From positions 16,802,001 to 16,866,000 of the forward strand of contig NC_043014.1 of the NCBI RefSeq assembly GCF_006345805.1: 64,000 bases of DNA, read 5' to 3'. The translations under genes were made by a program, and so were the position numbers. The notes beneath the pieces were generated by a model. It was given only the letters and a program-made list of their open reading frames with translations. It searched no databases and had not been told where the DNA came from. The DNA comes from Octopus sinensis (lineage: Eukaryota). Below, piece after piece: positions 13,265 through 26,900 of this stretch. Numbering within the stretch: position 1 is the first letter of the stretch; each line of letters opens with the position of its first letter.

Positions 13265-13486
13265 AAATCTGTGCTACTACAACCGAAACTATGCCGTTAT
13301 TTTTTTTCTTCCGCATATTGTGCGTGAATACAGTCACAGATAAACATAGATGAACGCGCAAGCTCATATGTGCATAAATATACATTCGCCAACAAATACC
13401 TATTCACGTGTAGGTGTGTGTGTGTGTGTGTACGTGTCTGTGTGTGTGTGAGAGACTATGAGTATATAATTGCCCGTCTCGCGACA

Positions 13487-13567
13487 TTGCCCCGGAGAAA
13501 TTGAATTCTTTCTTCAAAACTTCAAAGCAGACGACAGTATCACAACCTCCAATATCATTTTCATTGG
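13487..13567. promoter_or_regulatory. Candidate promoter between divergent PPP1R15 and KIF4-like genes
   Basis: tctcgcga at 13487, ttcaaa (CHR-like TTTGAA on minus) at 13513 and 13521, CCAAT at 13549, ATTGG at 13563, within CpG-containing unique sequence; short motifs only. Confidence 0.35.
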
Positions 13568-13734
13568 CTGGCAGTAAACAAAATATTTACACCGTGAAGA
13601 AGTCATATAATTTCTAGAGCTATATCAAAACGAGTAATGCACATTCATATCTACCTACTTATCTATGCTACACAAACACACACACACAGACGCTCACACA
13701 CACGCACACACACATACACACACACACACATATA

Positions 13735-14100
13735 TACTCTTTTACTTGTTTCAGTCATTTGACTGCGGCCATGGTGGAGCACCGCCTTTAGTCGAGCAAA
13801 TCGACCCCGGGACTTATTCTTTGTAAGCCTAGTACTTATTCTATCGGTCTCTTTTGCCGAACCGCTAAGTGACGGGGACGTAAACACACCAGCATCGGTT
13901 GTCAAGCAATGCTAGGGAGACAAACACAGACACACAAACACATATATATATATACATATATACGACAGGCTTCTTTCAGTTTCCGTCTACCAAGGTCGGC
14001 CTGGGGCTATAGCAGAAGACACTTGCCCAAGATGCCACGCAGTGGGACTGAACCCAGAACCATGTGGTTGGTTTGCAAGCTACTAACCACAGAGCCACTC
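13735..14100 (-). mobile_element. Family A SINE
   Basis: Same head, CORE-like motif and tail. Confidence 0.85.
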
Positions 14101-15349
14101 CTGTTGTTATATTTTATTGTATTTTATTCATGTACATGCATACATACACAGTTTACGAAGTATTAAAGCTTCAGCTTTCATCCTCACATCAGTTGTGACA
14201 AAAAATGATTCCCTCTAATTTTCTTGTTCCTTTTTGTTACCAATTGCCCAAAACTTTAAATGGAAATCTCAGTACTAATGTCATTAGTATTCTTGTGAAA
14301 ATGTGTAATTTCACCACATAAACAACTCAGTTACAGTCTCCAACAGTTTTTGCAAATTTTTTTTTCACATTTTATTGTGGATTAGAAAAGGACACCAATT
14401 TCATTTTGCTTAGCAGTAAATCTGAATTTTAAGGATTCTCAGAAGACCTGGAAAAATCTAGCAAAATATACAGCAAATATAAAAATCACCTGTGTGACTA
14501 TATATTGGATTGTTTTGATTTCCAAAAGCTCCAGTAGCAACAAGGAAAATAAATTCATACCCTAGATGGTATAAGACTGGAAACTGCTTCTCTTGCTAAT
14601 TTTTCATCCTTTGGAGGTTAATAAAAAAAAATTAAAATTAAAAACAGTTCCTGATTCTAGCAAGAAACTTAAAGACTACAATGGAAAAATCTGTAGTGGC
14701 ATATATCCTTGTTGATATTATTATCAAATATATATATATATATATATGGCACCCATGCCATTGGAACGTTAAAAGCACCATCCGAGTGGGATGATTGCCA
14801 CTGACTGGCTCCTGTGCCTGTGGTACATAAAAAGCACTATTCGTTGCCTTACTGGCATGTGAAAAACAACATTTGAGTGAGGTCGTTGCCAAGTGTCACT
14901 GGATTGGCTCCTGTGCCAGTGGCACATAAAAAACACCATTTGAGCATGGCTGTCACCAGAACTGCCTGACTGGCCCTTGTGCCGGTGGCATGTAAAAGCA
15001 CCCATACACTCTCAGAGTGGTTGGTGTTAGGAAGGGCAGATCAGATTGGAGCCTTGTGCAGCCATGGGCTCTCCAGACCTCAGTCAAACTGTCCAACCCA
15101 TGCCAGCATGGAAAGCAGACGTTAAACAATGATGATTTCCAAAAATATTAAACCAGGAGATTTTATAAATTTTTTCCTTTTATTTTGTTTGAATTGATTA
15201 CTGCAGACATGAACCATTATGCAGAACATACACAAAGAGGAAATCCAAGCATGTCTGCTATTAACATTATTATGGGGCATAACAAAGCTAATCAGGATTA
15301 CAAATTGATAGTTAATCCAATAATGTGTGCAATTCTTCTATATTATTGT

Positions 15350-15720
15350 ATGTGGAGGTGCAATGGCCCAGTGGTTAGGGCAGCTGACTCGCAGTCGTAG
15401 GATCACTGTTTCAGTTCCCAGACCAGACGTTGTGAGTGTTTATTGAGCAAAAACGCCTAAAGCTCCATGAGGCTCTGGCAGGGGGTGGTCGTGAACCTTG
15501 CTGTACTCTTTCACCACAGCGTTCTGTCACTGTTTCTGTTGTACCTGTATTTCAAAGGCCCAGCCTCATCACACTCTGTATCATGCTGAATCTCCCTGAG
15601 AACTATGTTAAGGGTACACATGTCTGTGGAGTACTCAGCCACTTGCACATTACTTTCATGAGCAGGCTCTTCCATTGTTTGGATCAACTGGAACCCTTGT
15701 CATCATAATTGAGAGTACCA
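15350..15720 (+). mobile_element. tRNA-derived SINE (family C; related copy at about 50150-50450 on minus)
   Basis: Head ggcccagtggttagggcag..gtttcagttccc, then tgagcaaaa CORE-like segment and ttaagggtacacatgtctgtggag body shared with 50150-50450. Confidence 0.7.
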
Positions 15721-16590
15721 CTTTTAATTATTGTATGCCCAATAGAATATCAGCTAATAACTCCTTTTCTGTGGTGATAATTAAACATTTAAATAATTTT
15801 AGATTTTCTTGAATTTACCTGTAATTAGATTTACTTAGAGACAAAAGTTATGAAATAAATTAGGTCAAGGACCATTTGTCAAACTGCATTCCAAAATTCA
15901 TATTAATATGTTAATATATAAATAAATTTTGTTGTTTTTGTGAAACCAGTCTACAGTCAGTTTTGTAGAATTTAATTGAAAGACATAAGTAGTGTATTTT
16001 GGTTAGAAATATAGTAATGAAAGTGTTAGACCTTATATAATTCTAATCCTCCTATTTTGTTGGTTTATCTATGTAGTAGTCTTGCATGTTGACCAATGAA
16101 ATATTATTTTGCAGTTGTTAACATATGACATGGAAAGTTAATATAGTAATTACAATATAAATATAAGCAAATGCTGTCTTCTTCATTGTTGGACCATTGA
16201 CAAATAAACTCACATAGTCTGGAAATAGAGAAGAAAGGAAAAGAAATAAACTACAAGAGTAGATGAATTCAACAAGCATCAACAACCATTAACAGTTCAG
16301 CATTCACAGATTACTCTGTCAAATATGATACTTATTTATTCACATTGTTTTAAATTAAACCTATATTACCTCATAGCTTTGAGATTTCAATGATGTGATT
16401 TAGTTTTAGTATAACATTGTAGGCTGGGTGTGAGAAGTAGGATCTGGCCAGTTTGAATCTAAAACAGGTAAAATATTTTGACCAGTTTAAATGCTAAAGG
16501 GTTTACTGATATTTCTTTTCCTGTTGGTCATTGATAATCAAATTTCAAGGACTTGCCTGAGCTCTAACATTCAAATTATTCTGTCAAAAG

Positions 16591-16738
16591 CAGGGCTGTG
16601 GAGTGGAAACAAAAAAACTTTGACTCTGACTCCTCTTTATGTAATTAAGTGAAATTAAGTGTAATTAATTAACATATCTCATAAAGCATTCGTGGGTCAG
16701 AGTCAGTGTAGTTTTACCAATTCCAACTCCACTGCCCT
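16591..16738. mobile_element. Small hAT-like MITE remnant
   Basis: Imperfect TIRs cagggctgtggagt / actccactgccctg plus inner gactctgac / gtcagagtc; no TSD found. Confidence 0.45.
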
Positions 16739-17824
16739 GGATGATACAATTCTTATTTTGTAAAATACTTTTCCTATGTTAATCTCATAGTCATGCACAT
16801 TAGACCAAAAAAAAATAATAAATAAAAATGATTCTTCAACTAATTCAACTTCATTATCTGTGCAAAAAGACTAATAAATTGCCAAGGAATTTCAAGTTCC
16901 TAACTTCTTAAACCTTTGCCTGTCCAAAGTATTTCCATAAGTTTGTCCTAGAGTGTCTGTTCTTGTTTTCAAACCTTTTATTATTAAGTCATTATTAGGT
17001 CATTTGGCAGTTGAAACAAGTCTACTACTGAGTCTATCATTATGGGGACATAAACAAACCAGCATCGGTTGTTAGGCAGTGGTTGGGCACCAAACCTGGA
17101 CACCAAACTGTTAATTGTTAATTAACATTTTCGTTAATGATTTAACATCTAAGCTAACTTTGGAAATCATTATTGGACTAATTAATTTCCATTAATGTCA
17201 TTTGAATTGAAGTTAATGGATTTTAAAGGTGTGTTTTGATGGTTTTTAGAGCAAAAACCGATTTTTGTTCTGTAATAAAAATTGTTAACGGTTTATTGAT
17301 AACTTGCGTTACTTTAGGTAATAATTGACTGATTAATGGTTATCGAAGTTAACTTTTCAATTAACAGTTCCCAGCTTTGTTAGAGACAAACAAAAATTTA
17401 CAAATATACACACACACATATATATATACATATACTTTTTGTTTTTCCCCTCACTGTATAATTTTTTATTTTTTTTTTGCAATTAGCTTAATTTGATGCT
17501 CATTGCATTAAAAATATTAACACCAATATAATTAACCTTTTTGTTACTATATTTCAACAGAAATATACCTCCTTTGTTTCAATTAATTTTGAAACTAACC
17601 CAGAATTTTATAAACTTGACTTATAAAGCTGGTATTTAGAACACAAATAACTAAGAAATTTTTATGAAAGTTCTAATTTAGATCACATTAAAACGGAGTT
17701 TGTAACATAGAACCTGGGCTAGTTTCAAAAGTGATTTGGTATCCTTTAAATTTTGTTATTCGGTATGTGTCCTGTTTAATGTTGTTTATTGATAAATGTA
17801 ACAAACAAAAAATATATATTGTAG

Positions 17825-17941
17825 GCTGCAGTTGCAAACAAAAGATTAAAAGAGGCATTAAAGAAGCAAGCTCTTGTCAGGAATGATCGCAACAATAATT
17901 TTGAAAGATATGACGCTAGTGCAAATGCAACAAAATTAAAG
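17825..17941 (+). CDS. KIF4: KIF4-like exon (AAVANKRLKEALKKQ..TKLK), GC donor
   Basis: tgtag acceptor; 117 nt, phase 0-0; AAG|gcatga. Confidence 0.85.
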
Positions 17942-20900
17942 GCATGATGGGTTTTGTTTTTGTTGAATTTTGTATGAATGTAAAAGGAATTTCAGTAATT
18001 TAGTTCCTCTCCTGATTGTGAAAGGAACTTTGATATTTAACCCCGAGTCAACCTTGATTGAATAAATGGATGATGAAAGGAATTCTAACTGTGAACCATA
18101 TCATTTGGGGTTTTTTTTTTTTTTAACCTATCGATATTTGTGATTTGTTGGTGATTTTGTCGCTTGTTCTAGCAGTTAAAGTGGGTGTGGCTAAATTTGA
18201 GTATAAGAATACAACAAAAAGCCTTTTCGCATTTAGATTACTCTGTCAAATTTAATACTTATTTATTGACATTGTTTTGAATTAGTCATGTGTTATCTCG
18301 TAGCCTTGAGATTTCAGTGATGCAATTGTTTATATTTAGAATGACATTGTAGGGTGGGTGTGAGAGGATAGATCTGGCCAGTTTGACAATAAAACAGGTA
18401 AAATATTCAATCTGGCTCATTTAAATGCTTAAGGATTAACTATTTAATATCCAGTTATAATTTTTTTTTGTTTCTTGTTTCATTTTTAATGTATAACTTG
18501 TAGGATGATCATTATTATCTTTGTTCCTCTATGATTGCATATATAATCTCTTCTTTTATGTATACTTTAAGAAATGTCTTTTTCCAATCTCTGATGTGTT
18601 TTTATCTATACGATTGAGTAACAAAAACAAGAAAAAAAGATAAAATGTTTGTATTACTAAAGGTTTTACATGATTATTGTATCAAACATGACAGAGAAAA
18701 ATGTTAAGAATTTAAGGGTTATTAAACACCCATGTCCTTGTTTAATACCAATAGTTTCCACCTATAGTGAAGTTTTCTACCAACATACACTTTGCTTCTT
18801 TACATACACACACACATCTAGTAGAGAATTTGATTATATTGACAAAGCAAAGTGTAACTTCTTACGATCGTTACTAAGTTTGGGTGTAACTACTTAGAAT
18901 TGTAAAAGCTTTTTTTTTTTGTAATTGTTTCAATGATAACTAAATATATAAACCAATAAAAAGCATTATAAATCAGGAGTTACCTCAGGATCATTTCCTT
19001 TATGATGATGTCTATGCATAGATGTTTTTGACAAGAAAGTAATACATATAATTATATTTATATAATGTTAGACACTATTGGAACAAGAATTGGAAGTGAA
19101 AGTTCGAGTCCAGGAAGCAAAATACCACTTAAAGAATTTGGTTGAAGACCGAAAAACTTTGTCTTTGGAGTTGAGGCACTTGAAAAATTCAAATCCACCT
19201 ACAAAGGTTGGTGTTTTTTGTTTATAATTTTACTTATAAAGTTTAAAATTTATATTAAGGAATTTAAGGTATAAAGGTCTGTATGGAAAAGAATGAGAAA
19301 TTTAAATGAAGTGATCCCATCTAGGATTTCATGGAAAGTTGTTAGTGTTGCTAAAATATGTAGAACAATCATTCGTTCATCTTCTCCACTTGCTATTTCT
19401 AGAAGAATCTTGGAGGTAGAGTCCTCAGGCATCCCTTCCATAGGGTCCTATCAGAAGTAACCAAAATTACATGCTTCAGCAGGATGAGAAATTTAAATGA
19501 AGTGATCCCATCTAGGATTTCATGGAAAGTTGTTAGTGTTGCTAAAATATGTAGAACAATCATTCGTTCATCTTCTCCACTTCCTATTTCTAGAAGAATC
19601 TTGGAGGTAGAGTCCTCAGGCATCCCTTCCATAGGGTCCTATCAGAAGTAACCAAAATTACATGCTTCAGCAGGATGAGAAATTTAAATGAAGTGATCCC
19701 ATCTAGGATTTCATGGAAAGTTGTTAGTGTTGCTAAAATATGTAGAACAATCATTCATTCATCTTCTCCACTTGCTATTTCTAGAAGAATCTTGGAGGTA
19801 GAGTCCTCAGGCATCCCTTCCATAGGGTCCTATCAGAAGTAACCAAAATTACATGCTTCAGCAGGATTACCAAATATGATGAACTGGCATTGGATGCTAT
19901 TCAACCAACTCATTCTTTGGTCTACCCATAGGTCCCCTGCCAATTGGCATGGCTTGAAGAATCCATCTTGGGATTCTTTCTTGTAACATTCACCTCGTGC
20001 TGGTGACATGTTAGAAGCACCATTTGAGCGTGGCCATTGCCAGTGCCACCTGACTGGCTCCCATGCTGGTGGCACGTAAAAAGCACCCACTACACTCATG
20101 GAGTGGTTGGTGTTAGGAAGGGCATCCAGCTGTAGAAACTTTGCCAGATCAGATTGGAGCCTGGTGCAGCCTCTTGACTTGCCAGTCACCAGTCAAACCG
20201 TCCAACCTATGCCAGCATGGAAAGCAGACTTTAAACGATGGTGATGATGTCCATGGTGCCAGAGCTGTGACCTCCCAATGTAGAGAAGCAACAGCTCAGC
20301 CTGGAGGGAAGGAGGGAGAGACCCCCTGAACCCTTGAGTTATGCATCTTGTCAAGTAACTTTACTCTGAAGAGTAATGTTTGGAAGAATCCCATTTCAGC
20401 TAATTGCATTCACAATTCTACTCTTTTTGGTCATTACCTGGCATTCAAGACCATAGGGGAGGTTAGGCATGGAAACCAAAATGAAAGTAGTGAGTTTGGC
20501 TACTTTGTATTCTTTTAACCAGTTTCTTCCCTTTGGAGGATCAGACACTGGAACTGGCACATTATTGTGCCAACACCTGCAATTCTAGCATCCCATTCAG
20601 CTTCATGTTTCCCTGTATTCTTGAGATACTTAAACTTCTCCACTTGTCTCAGTGATTCTTTCTTTTATTCTTTTACTTGTTTCACACTCTGGGATGCGGC
20701 CATGCTTGGGCACTGTTTCAAAGGGTTTAAGTTGAATGAAGTAATCCCGGTGCTTTTTTTTTTTTTTTAAAGCCTGTTATTCTGTCAGTCACTTAGGTCA
20801 AACTGCTAAGTTATGGGGATGTAAACAAACCAGTACTGGTTGTCAAGTAGTAGTGGTGAGACAAATACAAAGATGCACACACACGCTAATATGATGGGGG

Positions 20901-23900
20901 TTCTTTCAGTCTGCATCTGCCAAATTCAGTCAATGCATCAGTTCATGGCTATAGATGAAACTTGCATAAGATGGCACGCAGTGGCACTGAACTCCAAATC
21001 CTGTAGTTGGGAATTAAACTTCTTACCACACAGCCAAGCTGCACCTGATGTAAAAATTTAAAAATAAATTTTAATGAATTCCATTTTCAGAAACGTATAA
21101 CAACTGATGGTGATGGCAGTCCAAAGGAGGTGAACATTAGTATCATAAAGTTAACTGATGAAATTAATGACAGGTTTGTGTTTGTATGTTAATTTTCTGA
21201 ATGCTAATGTTACTATATTTCTGTTAAAATGTATTGTTTTCATTCCATTTTGTTTTCAAAACCGATGAAGAATTTAGTAAACTAACTACGAGGTGCATTC
21301 CAGAATTTTTGAGACTTTTTCAGGAGGGACACTTATTAATTTCAAAGAAATACAAAACACTATTCTCCTTCAAAGTAGTATCATCTCCCTTCAATGCTCT
21401 TGCAACTCTCCAGCCCCTTTGTGTAGGACTTCAGGGTGAAGATGTCAGGACCCTTGTTGCAGCTTCCTCCAGTTTGGGGAACAACCAAAAATCACAGGGA
21501 GCAAGGTCTGGGTTGCACGGAGAGCGAGGGACAGTTTTGATGTCCATCTCTACCAGGATAGAATTATGGACTGGTGCATTGTCCTGATGGAAAGTGCTCT
21601 GGCATTTTGCAACAAAATCTCTTCCTAAATCCCGCCGAACCACCACAAGGCACTTTTTGTTGAGGAAACCTAGTGGATGTAGATGATGCTGTTGCTTTTG
21701 AAAAGCAGGGATCATAACAAGCTTCTTGGTGGACTTGCTTTCTCTGGCCTTCCATTGGGCACTGTGCCTCTTGGTCGCTGGATCATAGAAGTAGATCCAG
21801 ATTTCGTCATAGCTCACCTGAGACTCAAGTGCTCTTCGTTTGGAGGTAATGAGCTCAACCATCTCCCTGCTGTCACCAATGCTTTATTCCTTCTGTTCAT
21901 CAGTGTGCACCTCAAGAACAAGCTTTGCACAAATTTTACTCGCGTTCAGATCTTCATGAATAGTCCTGTGTTCACTTGCTACACCAATTCCAAACTATAT
22001 GCTTCTTGTCATTGTTCCTCACCTTAAAGAGCTTTGATGCACTTGTGCCAGCAAAAAGCAAATGCTCAGCTCACACATGTTAATCCGTGACCAGTCTGGA
22101 GCATTTCATAATTTTCTGTAGCATTTTTGCCTAGTTTTAACACAAAACATGGTAAGCTTCCAAATGGTCATGTCTCAACTGTATTCTGCAAACCAGTCAG
22201 CTGTGACAAGCAGTGTTTTGTAGGGTGTGTTCAAAATACTGCTACAGCCATCTCCTTCAATCTGGAATAATAATAAAAAAAAAAAGTTGGTGGCAGGTCA
22301 GCTTATTAGATGTATCATAATGATATACAGAAATTCAATAATGCAATATAGTTACAATTGTCGCTCCTGAAAAAATCTCAAAACTTCTGGAATGCACCAT
22401 TGTGTTTGTGTGTCCTTGTTTTGACATTGTTTGGTAGTTGTGAATGAGGGCTACCGTCAAAATAAGCAGTGTCATTCTCCAATATTCTGTCAGAAATTGA
22501 TGCCTTTTTAAAAAATCTTGTTGCTGGGGCACCACATTGAACTGTATCAACCCCAGTACTTTTATGTTTTTAAAACCTGGTACTTATTCTATTGGTCTCT
22601 TTGGCTGAACTGCTAAGTTACAAAGGTGTAAACACAAACACCAGTTGTGGAGTGGGGTGAAGAGACAAAACATGCATGTAGATATACATATATATATATA
22701 TGACGGGCTTCTTTCAGTTTCCGTCTACCAAATCCATTCACAAGGCTTTGGTTGGCCTAAGGCTATAGTATAAGACACTTGCCCAAGGTGCCACACAGTG
22801 GGTCTGAACCCAGAACCATGTGGTTTGGAAGCAAGCTTCTTACCACACAGCCATGCCTGCTTATACATAATTCTGTGGATATGTAATATGAATCTAAAAT
22901 CCTTTATATTCTTAAACTTATTGCTATTTTCAATACTATTTCGCATATATTATAGAAATGTTCAAATTGCCACTCTTCAATCAGAAATCCAAGAGGCAGA
23001 AAATGGTAAGAATTAATTCTGATTTCTTTTATTTTTTTGTTATTCCAGTCATAATTTTTTCTTTCTATAAATTTAATTTTTCTTACATATATTTATTGCA
23101 GACATTAATATTAACCTTTTCTCTAAAATCTTGACAAATTCTTTCTTTTAGATAAATTCAAAGGATGTGTTGAAACAATCCGTAGCATAAACGATTCATA
23201 TTTTTCTTATCTCAACCGTTTAGATTTCAGATTATTCTGTCCAATGTGACGCTTATTTATCCACATTGTGTTGAATCAATCATGTATTTGTTTAGTGTTA
23301 GAATGGCACTGTAAGGTTGGTGTGATATGCCAGATCTGGCTGATCTGAGCATAAAATAAGCAGGCTATATGAGTTGGATCTGATCCACCACATAAAATAG
23401 GTGGAATATTTGAGCTGGATGTAGCCAATGTAAATGCTAAAAAGTTAAAAGAGGATATATATCATCATCATCAACACTCTGAGAGTGTAGTGGGTGCTTT
23501 TACGTGTCACTGGCATGAGGGCCAGTGTGGTGGTACTGGCAATGGCCACACCCAAATGGTGCTTTTTACGTGCCACCTGCACAGGAACCAGTCCAGCGGT
23601 AGTGGCGACGACCTTGCTCAAATATTTCACATGCCACCAGCACAAGTGCTAGTAAGGTGACGCGGTAATGATCACACTTGAATGGTGTGCTTAACATGCC
23701 ATATATATAAATAAATGTATGTGTATTTTTTCACTGTTTACAAATAACATGGGAAAAATAAATAAACAGTTACCAGGGTAGCAAAAATTCACACAAGTAC
23801 CAAGGATATAACAGCCTACTTATAAAGGTAGAAACTCCAGGTTTTGGTGAAATGTTTTTATATCACATAGATAAATAAATAAATGGAGTTAAATGCAGGT

Positions 23901-26900
23901 GTTATTAAAATTTTTAATGATTTTAATAACATCTGCATTTAACCCCATTTATTTATTTATCTATATATATATATATTCACTCACAATTTAGTAGTTCTCT
24001 ACAAAACATGCTTCTTATTGAAGTAAATATTTATATATAGCTAGAATGGCAATAATTTTCCATCTAACTTCAAGTTTTCAGTTCCTTTAAGACAGATTTT
24101 AACACAGTCCACTCGACTGTTGGTTTTTTATTTATTTATTTATTTATTGCAATGTCACTTGCAGGTGAATTAATGTCTTGTAATTTTTCATATTCTCATG
24201 CAGTCACATTAATTAAATCTCTTCCATGCAGAGTATCAAAGAACGGATTGACCACAATAATGACAAGTCTACTGTAAAAGACCTTAAAAATAATTATGTG
24301 GAAGCTATCAAAGAGAAAGACTCAAGTGAAATGAAAGTGAAATCATTACAAAATCAGCATGAATCAAATCTTGTGGACTTGCAGCAGAAATATGAAAGCA
24401 AGGTAACTTTTAAATTATTAATCCGAAAACACATGTAAGTACTTACATATGTATGTGTGCACAAATAGTGGTGCCCCAGCATGGCCACAGCTCATGAGCT
24501 GAAACTAGATAAAATAAAATAAAAAAAATAAAAAAAGCACAAACTTAAACTCATTGTTATTACATCATCGTCATCATCATCATTGTTTTATTGTTCACTT
24601 TTTCATTCTTATGAGTTGGACGAAGTTTAGTTTAGGCAGATTTTCTACAGCCAGACGCCCTTTGGTGTTGCCAACTCTCACCTGTTTTCAAATAAGGTAT
24701 TATATCTCTCCATGGCCAATCACGTTCTTGCAGAATATTGGAAATGAAACATGCTGCTATGTGAAACAACAACAAGCATTTATGATTAACATGCAATATC
24801 AAGTCAAGGAGATACGAGCATACACGTTTGTACAGGCATACATTCTAACACATCTTTCAGCTTCTGTGTATCTAGTCCACTTACAAGGCATTGGATGGTC
24901 CAGATGATGCTTGCCCATGGTGCCACCCAATGGGACTGAACCTAAAATCACGTGTTTGAGAAGTGTACTTCTTAACCACACAGTCATGTTATCTATAATA
25001 TAAATTGGACATGGGCAATCGTTGTATTCTTTCTTGTCTTGAGGTTCACAGCCAAACGGCTGGGTGGATTCGCGTGAAAAATGGCACACATGTGGGGAGG
25101 TGCATAGATTGGAATGCAGTTTGTATTTTTTTCCTAGTGCCCATACTTACTGAAAAAATTGATTAAAACTTTTCTAATGGAATTCCCCCTCTTTCTTTCG
25201 CCATAAAAACAACCAGTTATTTAGAAGCTGTTTTCTGACAGGGTGGGGTCAGGAAATGTTCATATAGCAGGGGACCCAAAATGATAAGGTTGAGAAACGC
25301 TGTTATAGATTATGCCTAATCGAAAACGATTATATATATATATATATATATACGAGCAGCTAAGCCCAGTTTCACATGGTCTGTTTGGATGATGTGGCTG
25401 TGATCGTTTTCGATTAGGCGTAATCTATAACACCGTTTCCCAACCTTATCATTTTGTATGTAGGACTACATAACTCAATGAGTCTTTTCTTTTGGGACAT
25501 GTGGCTGTTATTTTTAACAGGTCAATCTACCCACTTAGAATCTGGTGTGTATCACAGTATGGGGGAAACAAACACTGATTGTGTCAAGCAGTGTGGGTGA
25601 GCACACATGATAGGCTTCTTAGCAATTTCTGACTCCCAGAGCATCGTTCAGTCTGGGGCTGTAGCAGAAGGCTCTTGACTGAGGTGTTGTGCAGTGGTAC
25701 TGAACCTGAAACCATATGGTTGGTAAAATGAGCTTTGTAACCACATGGCCATACCTGTATTTCATCATTATCATCAGTTAATATCCATTTTCCGTGCTGG
25801 CATGGGTTGGATGGTTTGACAAGAGCTGGCAAGACCAAGGGCAACACTTGGTTCCATATTCTGTTTTGGTATGGTTTCATCATCATCATCATCGTTTAAC
25901 GTCCGTTTTCCAGATGTTAAACGATGATGATGATGAAATCATACCAAAACAGAATATGGAACCAAGTGTTGCCCTTGGTCTTGCCAGCTCCTGTCAAACC
26001 ATCCAACCCATGCTCGCTTTCATTGTTTGGATATCCTTCCTAACTCTTTACAGAGTGTACAGGGTGCTTTTTATGTGGTACAAGCTCTGACATGACTACC
26101 TAGTACCCTGCCAGCCAAGAACTCCTCAACTGGGATAGGGAGAGTGGCATTTAAGATGGTATGGCTTTGTGCTAGTTGAAAGATTTGAGGTATAGAGAGG
26201 ACAGACGTAGATGTTGTCTGTGGCAGTTTTTAACAAATGGTAAGTTTGAATTTGTTTAAATTACAGATATCGTTTTTACTAAAACAACTGCAAAATGGGT
26301 CAGAGGAAGAAGAGAGCCCAGTGCCAAATGGTGTACGCGGAGCACATAATGTTAGTAGTTATTTTTCTTTTTTTCTGTTTCTCTTTTAACCGTTTAGCTT
26401 TCAAATTTCTTTGTCCAATTTATTTGTTTCTTTATTGCCCACAAGGGGCTAAACATAGAGGGGACAAACAAGGACAGACAAACGGATTAAGTCGATTACA
26501 TCGACCCCAGTGCGTAACTGGTACTTAATTTATCGACCCCGAAAGGATGAAAGGCAAAGTCGACCTCGGCGGAATTTGAACTCAGAACGCAACGACAGAC
26601 GCAATACCGCTAAGCATTTCGCCCTGTGTGCTAACGTTTCTGCCAGCTCGCCGCCTTTGTCCAATTTATTGCTTCTTTCTTCACATTGTTTTGGAATTAA
26701 TCATGCATTATTTCATGGCTTCAAGATTTCAATGGTGTTTGTATATTTTTAGAATGACATTGTAGGTACGTGTGAGAGGTTGAATCTGGTCAGTTTTAAC
26801 TTAGAACAGGTAGAGTATTTTTGCTGGATATGGCCAGTTTAAATGCTTAAGGGTTAAATATTTCCTCAAATATTTCTTATTTTTCAACTTAGCTGATATT

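Noticed and set aside
15185-15400. 71-aa plus-strand ORF upstream of KIF4-like
   Set aside because: No KIF4 similarity; its end runs into a SINE head
24165-24231. Acceptor-like site giving GELMS, similar to KIF4 GELVS
   Set aside because: Out of frame with the 24232 exon and would need a 28-nt intron; treated as coincidence
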